Below, in pieces: positions 1-10,336 of a stretch of DNA of 64,000 nt. The translations under genes were made by a program, and so were the position numbers. The stretch lies in assembly GCA_963737265.1 (NCBI GenBank), contig CAVTRY010000013.1, positions 128,001 through 192,000 on the forward strand, written 5' to 3'. The notes beneath the pieces were generated by a model. It searched no databases. It was not told where the DNA came from and saw nothing but the letters and a program-made list of their open reading frames with translations. Every line of letters begins with the position of its first letter. The first letter of the stretch is position 1. The stretch comes from an uncultured delta proteobacterium. GTDB taxonomy: Bacteria; Myxococcota_A; Polyangia; Fen-1088.

Positions 1-268
1 AGATATATCCCGGGTCCTCAAGTTTTGATGGCTTCGAGGTCGATGTTTTGGATTTCTCGACGGTGAGACGGTACCCTGCGGAATCGTCCAGATCTCCCCG
101 GTTGCTATTACTATATTGAAGCTCCTCAAGGAGTATATGTTCTAGCCCGACTAAAGTTGACCGATGCGGTCCCCATAATTTCGGACTGTCGGTGTCGCTT
201 TTTTCACAACCTGGGATAACTTTTGTGATACTTTCCCGCATCGCAACTGCTTCCCAAGGAGAAGAACG

Positions 269-3200
269 ATGAACCGAGGTCTTAGTGCGAAAGTCATGGT
301 TACGGTGGGGCTGTCGCTCGGCCTTGCCGCTTGCAGTGGTTCGAACGGCACCAACGGAAAATCGTGCACCGTCGGCCCGGCGGATGGCGGCGGGCAAGTA
401 CTCACGTGCCCCGACGGAACGATGGCTGTTGTCGGTGCCGGAACGCCTCTTCCGGCAACGGACGGGGGCGCCACGTCTTGCACGATTCAAACCGTCGATG
501 GCGGAACGACCATTCGCTGTCCTGACGGGACATCGGTCACCATTCCTAGTGTCGGACCGGTCGTCACTGGCGCCGTCGACGCCGGCGGGGCAAGCCCCAC
601 GGCTGGCCTGGTCATCAATGTGCCCGCGTTGAGCGCGGCCGATTGGAGCGGGCTGTCCCTCATGGGCATGGTGACGAGCGTCAACATCCCCGCCACCGGC
701 ACGGGCACGCCCATCGTCAAGTTCAAGGTCACGACCCAGAACAACGTTCCGGTTGTCGGCCTCGGCCAGAAGGGGCCCGATGGCTTCTCCGGCCATCTCG
801 CCTTCACCATCGCCAAGCTGGTGGCAGGTACCACGGATCCGACGTCGGGGGCGACGACGCCCAGCCACTGGGTCAACTATGAATTCGTGAAGATGCCCAC
901 GACAGCTGCTCCAAAGGGCTCGGTCGTGGCCACGCCAGATCCCGAGTCGAATGGCACGTTGGTCGACAACAATGACGGCACGTATCAGTATACGTTCGGC
1001 CTCGATGTCACCCAGGCCGCGACCATCGCGGCGGCGCAAACCTACACCGCTCCCTACGCACTGGCTGACCTTGGGGATCTGACCTACGACGCCACCGCCA
1101 CCCATCGCGTGGTCGTCTTGGTCGGCGGCGCTCCCACCAGCGCCAACGCCGGGGCTCTGCCGGTCTTGAATCCCGCCACCATCTTCTACGACTTCGTGCC
1201 CAACGGCAGCGCAGTGGTCCAAACCCGCAACATCGTCGAGGTGAACAACTGCAATGCTTGCCATACCAAGCTCTCGTTGCACGCCGCCTACATGCCCCCG
1301 GTGGTGGACACCGGCGCTTGCGTGGTTTGCCACACCGATCAGATGGAGTACGGCAGCACCGAATCCTACCCTGCCACCGGCACCGTTCTGACGCCTGGCC
1401 CATCTCCGGATTTCGCTGCCTTCGATCCGGGTAACACTACGCGCATTGACGGGCGCGCCGTGCCTGCCTTCCCGAACTTCATTCACAAAATCCACATGGG
1501 CGAAAATCTGGGAATGACCGGAACTGATTTCCTGGGCGCTCCCTTCGACACCCGATTCCCGCAGGATATAAAGAACTGCGCCACCTGCCACACCAAGACC
1601 GTGGCTGCGTCCCAGGGCAATAACTGGAACCTGGTGCCCAACCGTCTCGCCTGCGGCTCTTGCCACGACACAGTCAGCTTCACGACGGGCACCAACCACA
1701 AGGGAGGCATTCAGGCCGACGACACCAAGTGCGGCGTGTGCCACAGCGCGACCGCGATCGCGGGCTACCACGTGCCGGTCGTGGGGATCGATCCAACCAA
1801 CATCGGTCTCGTGCCCACGGGCAATTCCCACACCAACGCCAGTTACATCGCGGACAATTCGAACAACCTGCCGACCGGCGCCATCGCAATCACCTACAAG
1901 TTGATGTCCGCCACAGTCACGGCGGCCGGTAATCCGCAGTGGGTGTTCGAGCTTCTTGCCAATGGAGCACCGTTCAACCTCAATACCTATAGCGCCACCA
2001 CGCCCGAGCTGATTCCCAGCACCGTGGGCGGCTTTGTGGGCTCGCCCACCCTTGAAATGGCCTTCGGGGTTCCGCAGGATGGCATTAAGACGCCCGCCGA
2101 CTATAACGGCGCCGTCAGTGTCAACCTCAAGAGCTTGTGGAGAGGCTACACGGCCGCTGGCGTGGCTTTGGCCGCTGGCTCGGGGGTGGTGCTCAATGCC
2201 GATGGCATCAGCTACACCGCTACGTACACCGGCGCCACGGTTCCCGCCAACGCCGTGATGGTCACCGGCGGAATCGGCTTCAACTACGGCGCCATCGCCG
2301 CAGCTACGATCGCCGCCGCCACCACGCCCCTGGTGATCGCTGGTCTCACCGACACTCTGCCGATCACCCAGACCAATCTGCCCACGTACCCCTTCGTTGC
2401 CACCACGTACCAGGGCGGCCTCGCTATTCCGGCGCCGGTGCAAACGGTTGTCGCCTCGGCCTCGACCTACCTGGCCGCGAAACCGGCCGCTCGCCGGCAG
2501 ATCGTTTCCAACGACAAGTGCAATGCCTGCCACGAGCACCTCGGTCTTTTCACGAGTACCACGGTGCAGCCGACCTTCCACGCCGGTCAGCGCAACGATG
2601 CCAATAGCTGCACGTTTTGCCACAACACCACCGGAACCGACAGCGGCTGGTCCTACAATATCAAGGAAGTGGTTCACTCCATCCACTCGGCAGGTATGCG
2701 CAACACGCCTTACACCTGGCAGGCGGGCAGCACCGAGTTCTTGGTTGGCTACCCCGGCATCCAGAACAATTGCGAAGCCTGCCACTTGGCCGGAACCTAC
2801 GACTTCACCGCCAGCGCTAGCGCCGCAGCCGTCGGCAACCTCCTCAACACGACGATCGTCACAGGCACGACCGCTATCAGCGCCAGCGGCATCGTCCTCA
2901 CCGATCCCGCCCAGTACAGCACGACGGCGACCTACATTTCCCCGTTCGTCACGGCTGGCACCATCTACGGTAACAACTTCACCGTGAATACCAGCCTGGC
3001 GGCCAAGAGCGTCACTTGGCCTTTCACCGGTGGCACGGCTGTCAGCGTTCCCGTCGGCGGAACGCTGGAGGCCGACCCCACCACTCTCGTGAACTCCCCC
3101 ATTGCCTCGGCCTGCTACGCCTGCCACGACGCCCCGGACGCGAGAAGGCACATGATCAGCAACGGTGCCTGGCTCAACGTGCCCCGTGCCTCCATCGGCA

Positions 3201-3310
3201 CCTACGTGGCCGGCGTCGCCAGTCTTCCGCCTGTCAACCAGGAACAGTGTCTGGTCTGCCATGAGAGCGGCGCCGTCGCCGACATCAGGGCAGTCCACAT
3301 GAACTTCTAG
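269..3310 (+). CDS. OmcA/MtrC-family decaheme outer-surface c-type cytochrome lipoprotein
   Basis: Lipobox LAAC; ten CxxCH motifs in two blocks of five (CNACH, CVVCH, CATCH, CGSCH, CGVCH / CNACH, CTFCH, CEACH, CYACH, CLVCH); distal-His motifs IHKIH and VHSIH; GTLVDNNDGTYQYTF in domain I. Confidence 0.93.
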   Translation: MNRGLSAKVMVTVGLSLGLAACSGSNGTNGKSCTVGPADGGGQVLTCPDGTMAVVGAGTPLPATDGGATSCTIQTVDGGTTIRCPDGTSVTIPSVGPVVTGAVDAGGASPTAGLVINVPALSAADWSGLSLMGMVTSVNIPATGTGTPIVKFKVTTQNNVPVVGLGQKGPDGFSGHLAFTIAKLVAGTTDPTSGATTPSHWVNYEFVKMPTTAAPKGSVVATPDPESNGTLVDNNDGTYQYTFGLDVTQAATIAAAQTYTAPYALADLGDLTYDATATHRVVVLVGGAPTSANAGALPVLNPATIFYDFVPNGSAVVQTRNIVEVNNCNACHTKLSLHAAYMPPVVDTGACVVCHTDQMEYGSTESYPATGTVLTPGPSPDFAAFDPGNTTRIDGRAVPAFPNFIHKIHMGENLGMTGTDFLGAPFDTRFPQDIKNCATCHTKTVAASQGNNWNLVPNRLACGSCHDTVSFTTGTNHKGGIQADDTKCGVCHSATAIAGYHVPVVGIDPTNIGLVPTGNSHTNASYIADNSNNLPTGAIAITYKLMSATVTAAGNPQWVFELLANGAPFNLNTYSATTPELIPSTVGGFVGSPTLEMAFGVPQDGIKTPADYNGAVSVNLKSLWRGYTAAGVALAAGSGVVLNADGISYTATYTGATVPANAVMVTGGIGFNYGAIAAATIAAATTPLVIAGLTDTLPITQTNLPTYPFVATTYQGGLAIPAPVQTVVASASTYLAAKPAARRQIVSNDKCNACHEHLGLFTSTTVQPTFHAGQRNDANSCTFCHNTTGTDSGWSYNIKEVVHSIHSAGMRNTPYTWQAGSTEFLVGYPGIQNNCEACHLAGTYDFTASASAAAVGNLLNTTIVTGTTAISASGIVLTDPAQYSTTATYISPFVTAGTIYGNNFTVNTSLAAKSVTWPFTGGTAVSVPVGGTLEADPTTLVNSPIASACYACHDAPDARRHMISNGAWLNVPRASIGTYVAGVASLPPVNQEQCLVCHESGAVADIRAVHMNF

Positions 3311-3318
3311 CGAAGTCA

Positions 3319-3477
3319 AGACGTGTCTATCAATCGCAGACCGAACCCCGGCCGAGCGAGCAAGCCCGCCCGCGAGGCGCGACGAGCGCGCATAGCGCGG
3401 GCTCTGTAAGCCAGGAGAAACGAAGCGGGCGGGCTGCGCAGCCGGACGGGCGACGGGAGCGATTGATGGACACGTCT
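3319..3477. mobile_element. MITE-like element
   Basis: Terminal inverted repeats aagacgtgtctatcaatcgc (3318-3337) and gcgattgatggacacgtctt (3459-3478), 19/20 match; TCA on both flanks (3316-3318, 3478-3480); no convincing internal ORF. Confidence 0.65.
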
Positions 3478-3604
3478 TCAGAAGCCGGGACAAAGTTTGG
3501 CCTGTCCCAGCAACTGGGCCGGCCCTGGGATGTCGGCATCTTCGGGCCGGTTTCGTTTTGTGCGGGGCGCTCCCGCCATCGGCTGTTGTGCGTGCCGCCG
3601 TCGT

Positions 3605-4864
3605 CTACGGGCAGCTCGCGGCCTGCCAGGTGAGCGGACTTCGCGAGTCGCTGACCGTGATTTCTAGACTTTGAGCATCCGATTTCACCGCAAGCTCTCC
3701 CGTCGCCGTGAGAGCTTGGATGACTCTCGCCGACGGCGGCGCCGATAGCTCGATTCGCCAGGCCACCGCGGTCGTGGTCAAATCGCTGTTCGCCTGAACG
3801 CGAAGGAAGTCGCCGGTCCAGCTTTGCGCGGTGGCGTAGGCCGTCGCGTGGTCCACGTTCCACCCGCGCAAGAAGGTGAAGAGGGGCAGTGCCCCGAACT
3901 GGTCGGCGCCGACGCCGGGCAGCGAAGCGACCGCGACAGCCGAAGCCGGGCAGACATTGCCCGAACCAACCGGCGGAGCCGTGCCGTCCGCGTTCACGAG
4001 AAATCCGACCGTGCGCGGGGGCTCTTTCGCGTAGCCATGGCGAACCGCCGCATTGCCGCCCGCTTGGTATTCGGTGGCTTCGTACAATTCCCCGAGCGGA
4101 TAGACCAGCGCCTGGGCCGCGAACAGCGGCGCACCGAGAGCGCCGAAGTTGTCGTAGTAGTCTTGAAGCTGTGTCTTCGCCAGCTGGGTGATATTCGATT
4201 GGCTCCATCCACGGTGAAGCAGGTCGTTGGCGAATAGCGTTTCGTAGAAGCGGGCGTCGCCTTCGATGACGGTGTCGTAGGCGAGGTAGCTATCTGTCGT
4301 CTGGGGGGAATCCGTCTTGCCGAGATCGAGCTCTCGATCTTGCAGGGAGTGGATGAGCTCATGCGCGAGGGTAATCATCGCGTTCGACTCGGCATCGGAA
4401 CCCGTCTGGTTGGGATGGGAAACGATGGTGACGGTCTTAGTTTGCCACGAGTAGAATGCCAGCACGTGCGCGACTTCATCCTCGATGGTCGAGTTGTCGA
4501 CGCCGGCATCGTTGCCCGCGCCGCCGTTGCCGACACCGGCGTCGCCAGCCGAGCTGTTGGTGGCTGCGGTGAAATGAAGCAGAAGCAGGGCCTTGTCCCA
4601 CGGATTCGGCCCATTTTGGGCGGTGTCGGCCTGCGCCTGTGCGATGAGCTGCTGGCGGAATTCGTCTTCGGTGATCACGGTAACCGGGGGCAAGCCGCCA
4701 AACGGATCGTAGCCGTCGCCGCGCAGGCTCAGATCGTGATAGTAGACGTCTTCCTGGCAGGCACGTTGCGTGATGTCGCAAGTTGCAAGCGAGCGCTGGC
4801 AGCCCGCGCCCGAAGCGAACGTCAAAAACAGACCGGGCAGCACCCAATTTCGCATGCGACTCAT
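3605..4864 (-). CDS. Secreted lipoprotein with HExxH zinc-metallopeptidase-like motif
   Basis: Signal peptide ending GAGC; LAHELIHSLQD followed by IEGDA (third ligand, zincin-like). Confidence 0.7.
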   Translation of the reverse strand: MSRMRNWVLPGLFLTFASGAGCQRSLATCDITQRACQEDVYYHDLSLRGDGYDPFGGLPPVTVITEDEFRQQLIAQAQADTAQNGPNPWDKALLLLHFTAATNSSAGDAGVGNGGAGNDAGVDNSTIEDEVAHVLAFYSWQTKTVTIVSHPNQTGSDAESNAMITLAHELIHSLQDRELDLGKTDSPQTTDSYLAYDTVIEGDARFYETLFANDLLHRGWSQSNITQLAKTQLQDYYDNFGALGAPLFAAQALVYPLGELYEATEYQAGGNAAVRHGYAKEPPRTVGFLVNADGTAPPVGSGNVCPASAVAVASLPGVGADQFGALPLFTFLRGWNVDHATAYATAQSWTGDFLRVQANSDLTTTAVAWRIELSAPPSARVIQALTATGELAVKSDAQSLEITVSDSRSPLTWQAASCP

Positions 4865-5977
4865 AGGTCAAGCTCCTTGCCGAAGTGGAGGCCCCAGCGC
4901 TCAAACCCGCCGAAAACTCCCAGCGGTTCGTCCAGGTTCAAAAGAAGGGCAGCGAAATATCGGCCGCGTTGGGTTTGCAGCGTGAGGCGAAGTCCCGCCG
5001 CGCTCTGAAATCGATCGACGCTGGTGGAAGGAAGAAGCACAGTTTGCAGGCGCGGGCACAGGTCGACGGTAGCGCCCACCCGCAGGCGGGCCTCGATGGC
5101 GAACTGTCCCAGCACCTCGGTGCCGCGAGCGGTACCGCGCACGCCGATGACCGGCGCCAGCGCCGCCTCGGCCACGAGCACGGTGCCGCCGGAGAGAGCG
5201 TAGCCGACGTGGCCCATCGCCGGCACCGCCATGCGATCGGTGGTCCACAGCCATTCGTTCCACATGCCCCACATCGCCAGCGTTTGATTGTAGACGAACG
5301 CATCCAGGCGCCCGTCGGGGCTCAGCGAAAAGTGAGCCAGCGGCGCGGTCACGCCAAGCCCGACCCGCACGCGCCACGGCCCCGCATTGGCGCGGAAGAA
5401 ACCCGACAGCATGGGATTGCCCACCCGTGCGGTGGAATCGCCTAGGCCCTGTCCGTCGACCATCCAGCCGAAGCCCCAGGTCAGATCGAGGAGCACGAGC
5501 GGATGCAAGGCCAAGGCGCCTTCGAGCAGGGGCGCCATCACGATCGACGTCGATCCAGGCTCGCTTTCGTACGACGTGGCCAGCGTGGCACCGAGGGAAT
5601 ACGAGCGGGGTGCTTCGTCGCGCGCTTGCATCCTCGCCGCTGCGACCGGTGATTCGTCCGGCGGGTTGCCGTACAACTCCGGCGGATAGGGGGACTGCGT
5701 GGGCCAGGCCGCCGGCGGCGGATAGGCGTAGCCGGGTGGGGGCGGCGGATAGCTGTAGGGCGGGGTAGAATAGGTGCCTGGCGGCGGGTTGTAGGCGGGT
5801 GCAGCGGTCGCGGGCGTCGGAGCGGGCCTGGCAGTGTCGCCAGATGGAGTGTCCTGCACGGGCGGGACCGGGTTCGCTGGTTGCGCGAACGAAGCGCGCG
5901 ACGAGAGAACGAGAAAAAGTACAGCGGGGAGAGCACGTGCCAATCCCCACGAGACCCGAAGCGCGTAGGCGAACATA
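4861..5977 (-). CDS. Hypothetical exported protein, Pro/Tyr-rich N-terminus and beta-rich (possibly outer-membrane) C-terminus
   Basis: Hydrophobic signal ending ASFA, YPPPPPGY repeats, amphipathic strands; ATGA overlap with next gene; start uncertain. Confidence 0.6.
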
Positions 5978-6072
5978 GGTAACGGCAGTGTACCAGCGAC
6001 CGCGACTCTGCGAAACAACCGACGCGCGCCAGCCGAGCACAGTCCCACGGAATCAAAGGCGCTCGAAAGGGG

Positions 6073-6542
6073 TCATGTACCGCTCGTGGCGATTCCAGGT
6101 GGGCCGGTCAGCAGGAACTCCTGCCAGGTGATCGCCGGGATCTCTGCGCGCTCCGCGGTCGCGCGTCCGCCCGCGCTGCAGATGATGAGCGGTCGAAAGG
6201 CCGGATGGCGGCGCGTGAACTCCAGCAAGCCTTTGAGGTCGTTCGTCTGAAACCTGCCGGTCTTCACTTCTGCCGCCCGCTTGCCCCAGCTACCCTCTAG
6301 GACGCCGTCGACTTCAAGCGGCTCTTCTCGCCAGTACGAAACGCCCTGGCCAGAATTCCATGCGTGCGCCAGGAGACCGCCTGATTGCCCGCCTGCTCGG
6401 CCATGTCGAGAAGCAAGGCGGTCTTGCCAACCTGCCGGGGGCCGGCGAGCAGTTGGATGCGTCCTGGTGCAGGCTCGGCGAGCCGCTTGGCTAGAACCTC
6501 CCGGCACGCGTAGTAGTCGAGGCGAAAAACTCTATCAGACAT
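6073..6542 (-). pseudogene. Internally deleted AAA_14/DUF4143 ATP-binding protein
   Basis: N-terminal Walker A GPRQVGKT in one frame; C-terminal YWREEPLEVDGVL...AAEVKTG (PD-(D/E)xK-like tail) in another; only ~470 bp in total. Confidence 0.75.
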
Positions 6543-6671
6543 AGTCCAATAATTATTAGACTACGAATAGAAAAGCAACACGCCTCATCCGTCGAGCTCA
6601 GCGGCAAAGCCTCGCCGTCCGCCGACGTGGGCGACTGCCGAACGGCACGGGGTGAGATGCTCTGACGAGCA

Positions 6672-8240
6672 CTACGCCTTCGCCCAGCTCTTGAGCGCGC
6701 GCAGGAGCGGTAGCTCCAAGGCGTCGCGCAGGGCTTCGCAACTCGCTTCGATCATATTCTGCGAGACACCGATTGTGCTCCAGCTTTCGCCGAGGAGCTG
6801 CGATTCGATGAGGACGCGCGTCTTGGCCGCGGTGGCTGCCTCGGGATCGAGAATGCGCACCTTGAAGTCGCGCAGCTGAACTTCGCGCAGCAGCGGAAAA
6901 TGCTGGTCGAGAGCCTTGTGAAAGGCGTGATCCATGGCGTCCACCGGACCCGCGCCTTCCGCCACCACGTGCGAGACTTCCTCGCCCACCTTCACCTTGA
7001 CCGTGGCTTCCACGAACATCTCGCTGCCGCGCCGGCGTTCGGAAATAACCACGACGTCGAGAATTTCAAAGGGTTCGCCGTAGCCCTCCTGCGAGCGACG
7101 AACCATGAGCTCGAAGGAGCCTTCCGCCGCCTCGAACTGGTAGCCCTGACTTTCCATTTCCTTCACGCGCGCGAGCAGAGCGGGCTCGTAGCCGCGCATG
7201 TCCACGCCGAGGTCGCGCGCGACCATGCGCACGTTGCCGCGGCCGGAAAGCTCGGAGACGACCACCTTGCGCTGGTTGCCCACCGACTCGGGCGCGACGT
7301 GCTCGTAAGACGCCGCCAACTTCTCGACCGCCGACACGTGCGCGCCGCCCTTGTGGGCAAAGGCGGAGCTGCCGACGTAGGGCGCGTGTGCGCGCGGCCG
7401 GATGTTGGCGAGCTCGCTGGCCGTGCGCGACAGCTCGGTCAGGCGTTTGAGGCTGCCGTCGGGCACGCAGGAGTGGCCCATCTTCAGTTGCAGCGCCGGG
7501 ATGACCGAGATGAGGTTGGCATTGCCACATCGTTCGCCCCAGCCGTTGAGCGTTCCTTGCACCATGGTGGCGCCGGCTTCGACGGCGGCCAGGGAATTGG
7601 CAACCGCCATGTCGCTGTCGTTGTGGGTGTGGATGCCGACGGCGGTCTTGGTGAGCTTTTTCAGCTCGCGCACGGCCTCGGCGATGAAGCTAGGCAGGCT
7701 GCCGCCGTTGGTATCACACAAGGTCAGCCAGTCCGCGCCTGCGTCGCCAGCCGCGCGCACGGCGGCCAAGGCGTAGTCGCGATCGGCCTTGTAACCGTCG
7801 AAGAAATGTTCGGCGTCGAAGATGACTTCCTTGCCGTGCTTCTTCAGAAACGCCACGCTGTCGGCGATCATGGCCAAGTTGGTTTCCGGCGTGGTGCCAA
7901 GGACGTGCGTTACGTGCAAAAGCCAGGTCTTGCCGAAGATGCAAACCGCGGGCGTGCCGGCGGAAACCAACGCTTGCAAATTCGGATCGTCGGCAGCCGC
8001 ATGCTTCGCGTGACGTGTGCTGCCGAACGCCGTCAGCTTGGCGTGCTTGAGCCCGAGCTCGGGAGCGCGGCGGAAAAATTCCACGTCCTTGGGATTCGAG
8101 CCGGGATAGCCGCCCTCGATGTAGTGAATACCGAAGCCGTCGAGCAGCCGCGAAATCTTGATTTTGTCCTCGACCGAGAGGGAAAGCCCCTCGCTTTGGG
8201 TTCCGTCCCTAAGCGTCGTGTCGAAGAGTGCGATCTGCAT
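6672..8240 (-). CDS. cimA: Citramalate synthase
   Basis: DTTLRDGTQSEG, IEGGYPGSNPKD, DAEHFFDGYK, HTHND, AFAHKGG, ELSGR motifs; C-terminal regulatory domain. Confidence 0.93.
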   Translation of the reverse strand: MQIALFDTTLRDGTQSEGLSLSVEDKIKISRLLDGFGIHYIEGGYPGSNPKDVEFFRRAPELGLKHAKLTAFGSTRHAKHAAADDPNLQALVSAGTPAVCIFGKTWLLHVTHVLGTTPETNLAMIADSVAFLKKHGKEVIFDAEHFFDGYKADRDYALAAVRAAGDAGADWLTLCDTNGGSLPSFIAEAVRELKKLTKTAVGIHTHNDSDMAVANSLAAVEAGATMVQGTLNGWGERCGNANLISVIPALQLKMGHSCVPDGSLKRLTELSRTASELANIRPRAHAPYVGSSAFAHKGGAHVSAVEKLAASYEHVAPESVGNQRKVVVSELSGRGNVRMVARDLGVDMRGYEPALLARVKEMESQGYQFEAAEGSFELMVRRSQEGYGEPFEILDVVVISERRRGSEMFVEATVKVKVGEEVSHVVAEGAGPVDAMDHAFHKALDQHFPLLREVQLRDFKVRILDPEAATAAKTRVLIESQLLGESWSTIGVSQNMIEASCEALRDALELPLLRALKSWAKA

Positions 8241-8363
8241 AATGATGCCCAGCTTTCTTGGTTGAGCCGGTCAATGTACAAAATTCGGCGCGCCGGCGCA
8301 AAGAGTGAGCCTGGCCGGCGAGCCACAAATTGCCCGCTGGCTGGTCTACACTGGCCGTCACCC

Positions 8364-10295
8364 ATGACCGGCAGATCACACCGGCGCCCAAGGCGATGGC
8401 GAGGACGCTTGCTGGCGGCTTGCATTGGCTGGACCCTGGTCGCCGCCAATCCGAGAACGGCGGTGGCGCAGGAGCTTCCCGGGCGCCTGCAAAGCGACGT
8501 GGGTGGCCTCTTGCGCTTGCTCATCGAGTCGGCGACGCAGGCGGGCAGCAGGGCGGGCGGCCAGGTGTTTTCGGTCGTCAACCAAATTCAGCTTTACGAT
8601 ATCGAGGGTGAAATCGATCGCTTGGTGGGGTCGCCCTGGGAATTGTCCGACTCGACGACGTACAAATTGCAGCTGGCGCCGCAGCACGTGGCCTTTCCCG
8701 TGTACGACCAACTCGTCAGGCAAATGACCCGGCTCGATGACATCCGTGCCAGCAGGATTCAAAACCTGACGGTCGATGCGGTTCCGCTCATTGCTGTAAA
8801 TCTCGAAGCTCTTCAGATGCCGATGGTGGTGGTCGACGACAACATCATCGTCGACGAGCAGACGGGGCACCAACTTCTCCATTCCATCCTGGGCTACTTC
8901 AATGCGCGCGAGATCCTGGATCTCGGGGTCTTCATGCTGGCCCAGCAGCCCTACTTTCCCCAAACCCAGGACGAATGGGATGCGCGCAAGCACGCGCTCG
9001 CCATGCACAAGGCAGCGCTGGCCTTCACGCTGGCTGGGTTGGGTGCGCTTTTCGAAGCCGGGGCATTGAGCAATTCGGGGACGTTGACCACCTGGCAGGA
9101 AAGCCGCTATCAAATGGGTTGGTATGCGGGATTTTCCCATCTCGGATATCACCTGGCGCCGAATCTGCGGGCCGGAGTCACGGCATTTATCCCAGGTCTC
9201 GAGCTTTCCGCGGGTTTGATGGATCAGGTTCGTCCCGGCTCGAATGGTTTCGGGACGGCCTTCGAGCTCGCCCTGCGCGAAAGCTGGCTTAATCGCTATA
9301 CCACTGCGGCGGGGTGGGACAGCTTTTTCGAGGCCTCCTTGCGTACGGTCCTGTCGGCCGAGAACGGCTACTCAGGCGAGCGGATAACCGGTCACGGAGG
9401 ACTTTTTCTCAAGCGAGAACACCCACTTCATTGGCGCTTTATCACTTTGCGCACGTCCGCCGAGGCCGAATCCAATCTGACCGATAGCCTCCGTTTTGCC
9501 GTGGGTGTCGGCGTCGACTACACCAAGACCGGTCTGTCAACCGTTTTGCAATCGAGCCGCACGTTGATCCCGGGCACCGGGGGCGCCGCGCTCGAAACGC
9601 GAACGGGCATCTTCGTGGCCGGTACCCTGGAAGCTCCGGCGCAATATTATGTCGACATCATGGACGTGCGCGCACGTCTGCTGGGCGATGCCTGGTCGGC
9701 GTTCCTAGGCAGCGAGGATCGGCGCGCGACGGCCGAGGCTCGTTTGCGCGTGCTGGCCGGCGCGAACACCATGGATTTGGAACGGACCCTGCACGATCTG
9801 CGACGGAGCACGGCCGAGAGCGAGCACTGGCGCGCCGAGGTCGCCACGCGTCTGGCGGACTACCTTGAAAGCCGGCGCCTGGCATACACCACCGAGCACT
9901 GGCCGGGCGGTCCGGGCGATATGCATGGCCCGGTGGACGGTTCTGTCCTAACCGCGGCCTGCGATGCCGTGGCCGAGCGTGTGGTCGACCTGGCGAATTT
10001 TCTCGACGGCCGGATAGCTCCCCTGCGCGCCATGCGCGAGCGTTTCGATGGGCTGGGTGAACGGACCGACCAAGGTGCCGCGTCTTCCGACGAGGCCGCG
10101 GCGTCGCTCGACGAAGAATGGCGGCGCGAATCGCTCGCCGTCACCGAGGGACTGCAACAGTACAGTGTCTATCTCGGGGCGCTCCGTCGCATCGCCGCCG
10201 TTGCGTCGCCGCTCGTCGGTGTCTGGTCCTACGAACCGTTGCCGCCGCGCAAACAGCGCACGCTCATCAGCCTGGTCGCGCAGCCGCTGCAATGA
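8364..10295 (+). CDS. Hypothetical exported protein (beta-rich middle, helical C-terminus)
   Basis: Long ORF with signal peptide (AVA-QE); the upstream part of the 6900 ORF is antisense shadow of cimA. Confidence 0.6.
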   Translation: MTGRSHRRPRRWRGRLLAACIGWTLVAANPRTAVAQELPGRLQSDVGGLLRLLIESATQAGSRAGGQVFSVVNQIQLYDIEGEIDRLVGSPWELSDSTTYKLQLAPQHVAFPVYDQLVRQMTRLDDIRASRIQNLTVDAVPLIAVNLEALQMPMVVVDDNIIVDEQTGHQLLHSILGYFNAREILDLGVFMLAQQPYFPQTQDEWDARKHALAMHKAALAFTLAGLGALFEAGALSNSGTLTTWQESRYQMGWYAGFSHLGYHLAPNLRAGVTAFIPGLELSAGLMDQVRPGSNGFGTAFELALRESWLNRYTTAAGWDSFFEASLRTVLSAENGYSGERITGHGGLFLKREHPLHWRFITLRTSAEAESNLTDSLRFAVGVGVDYTKTGLSTVLQSSRTLIPGTGGAALETRTGIFVAGTLEAPAQYYVDIMDVRARLLGDAWSAFLGSEDRRATAEARLRVLAGANTMDLERTLHDLRRSTAESEHWRAEVATRLADYLESRRLAYTTEHWPGGPGDMHGPVDGSVLTAACDAVAERVVDLANFLDGRIAPLRAMRERFDGLGERTDQGAASSDEAAASLDEEWRRESLAVTEGLQQYSVYLGALRRIAAVASPLVGVWSYEPLPPRKQRTLISLVAQPLQ

Positions 10296-10336
10296 GGTTG
10301 GCATCTCGTCGTCCGCCATGTCTAGATAGGTCGAAG

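Noticed and set aside
6900-8363. N-terminal part of the 1131-aa ORF
   Set aside because: Antisense shadow of cimA; the plausible gene starts near 8364 with a signal peptide.
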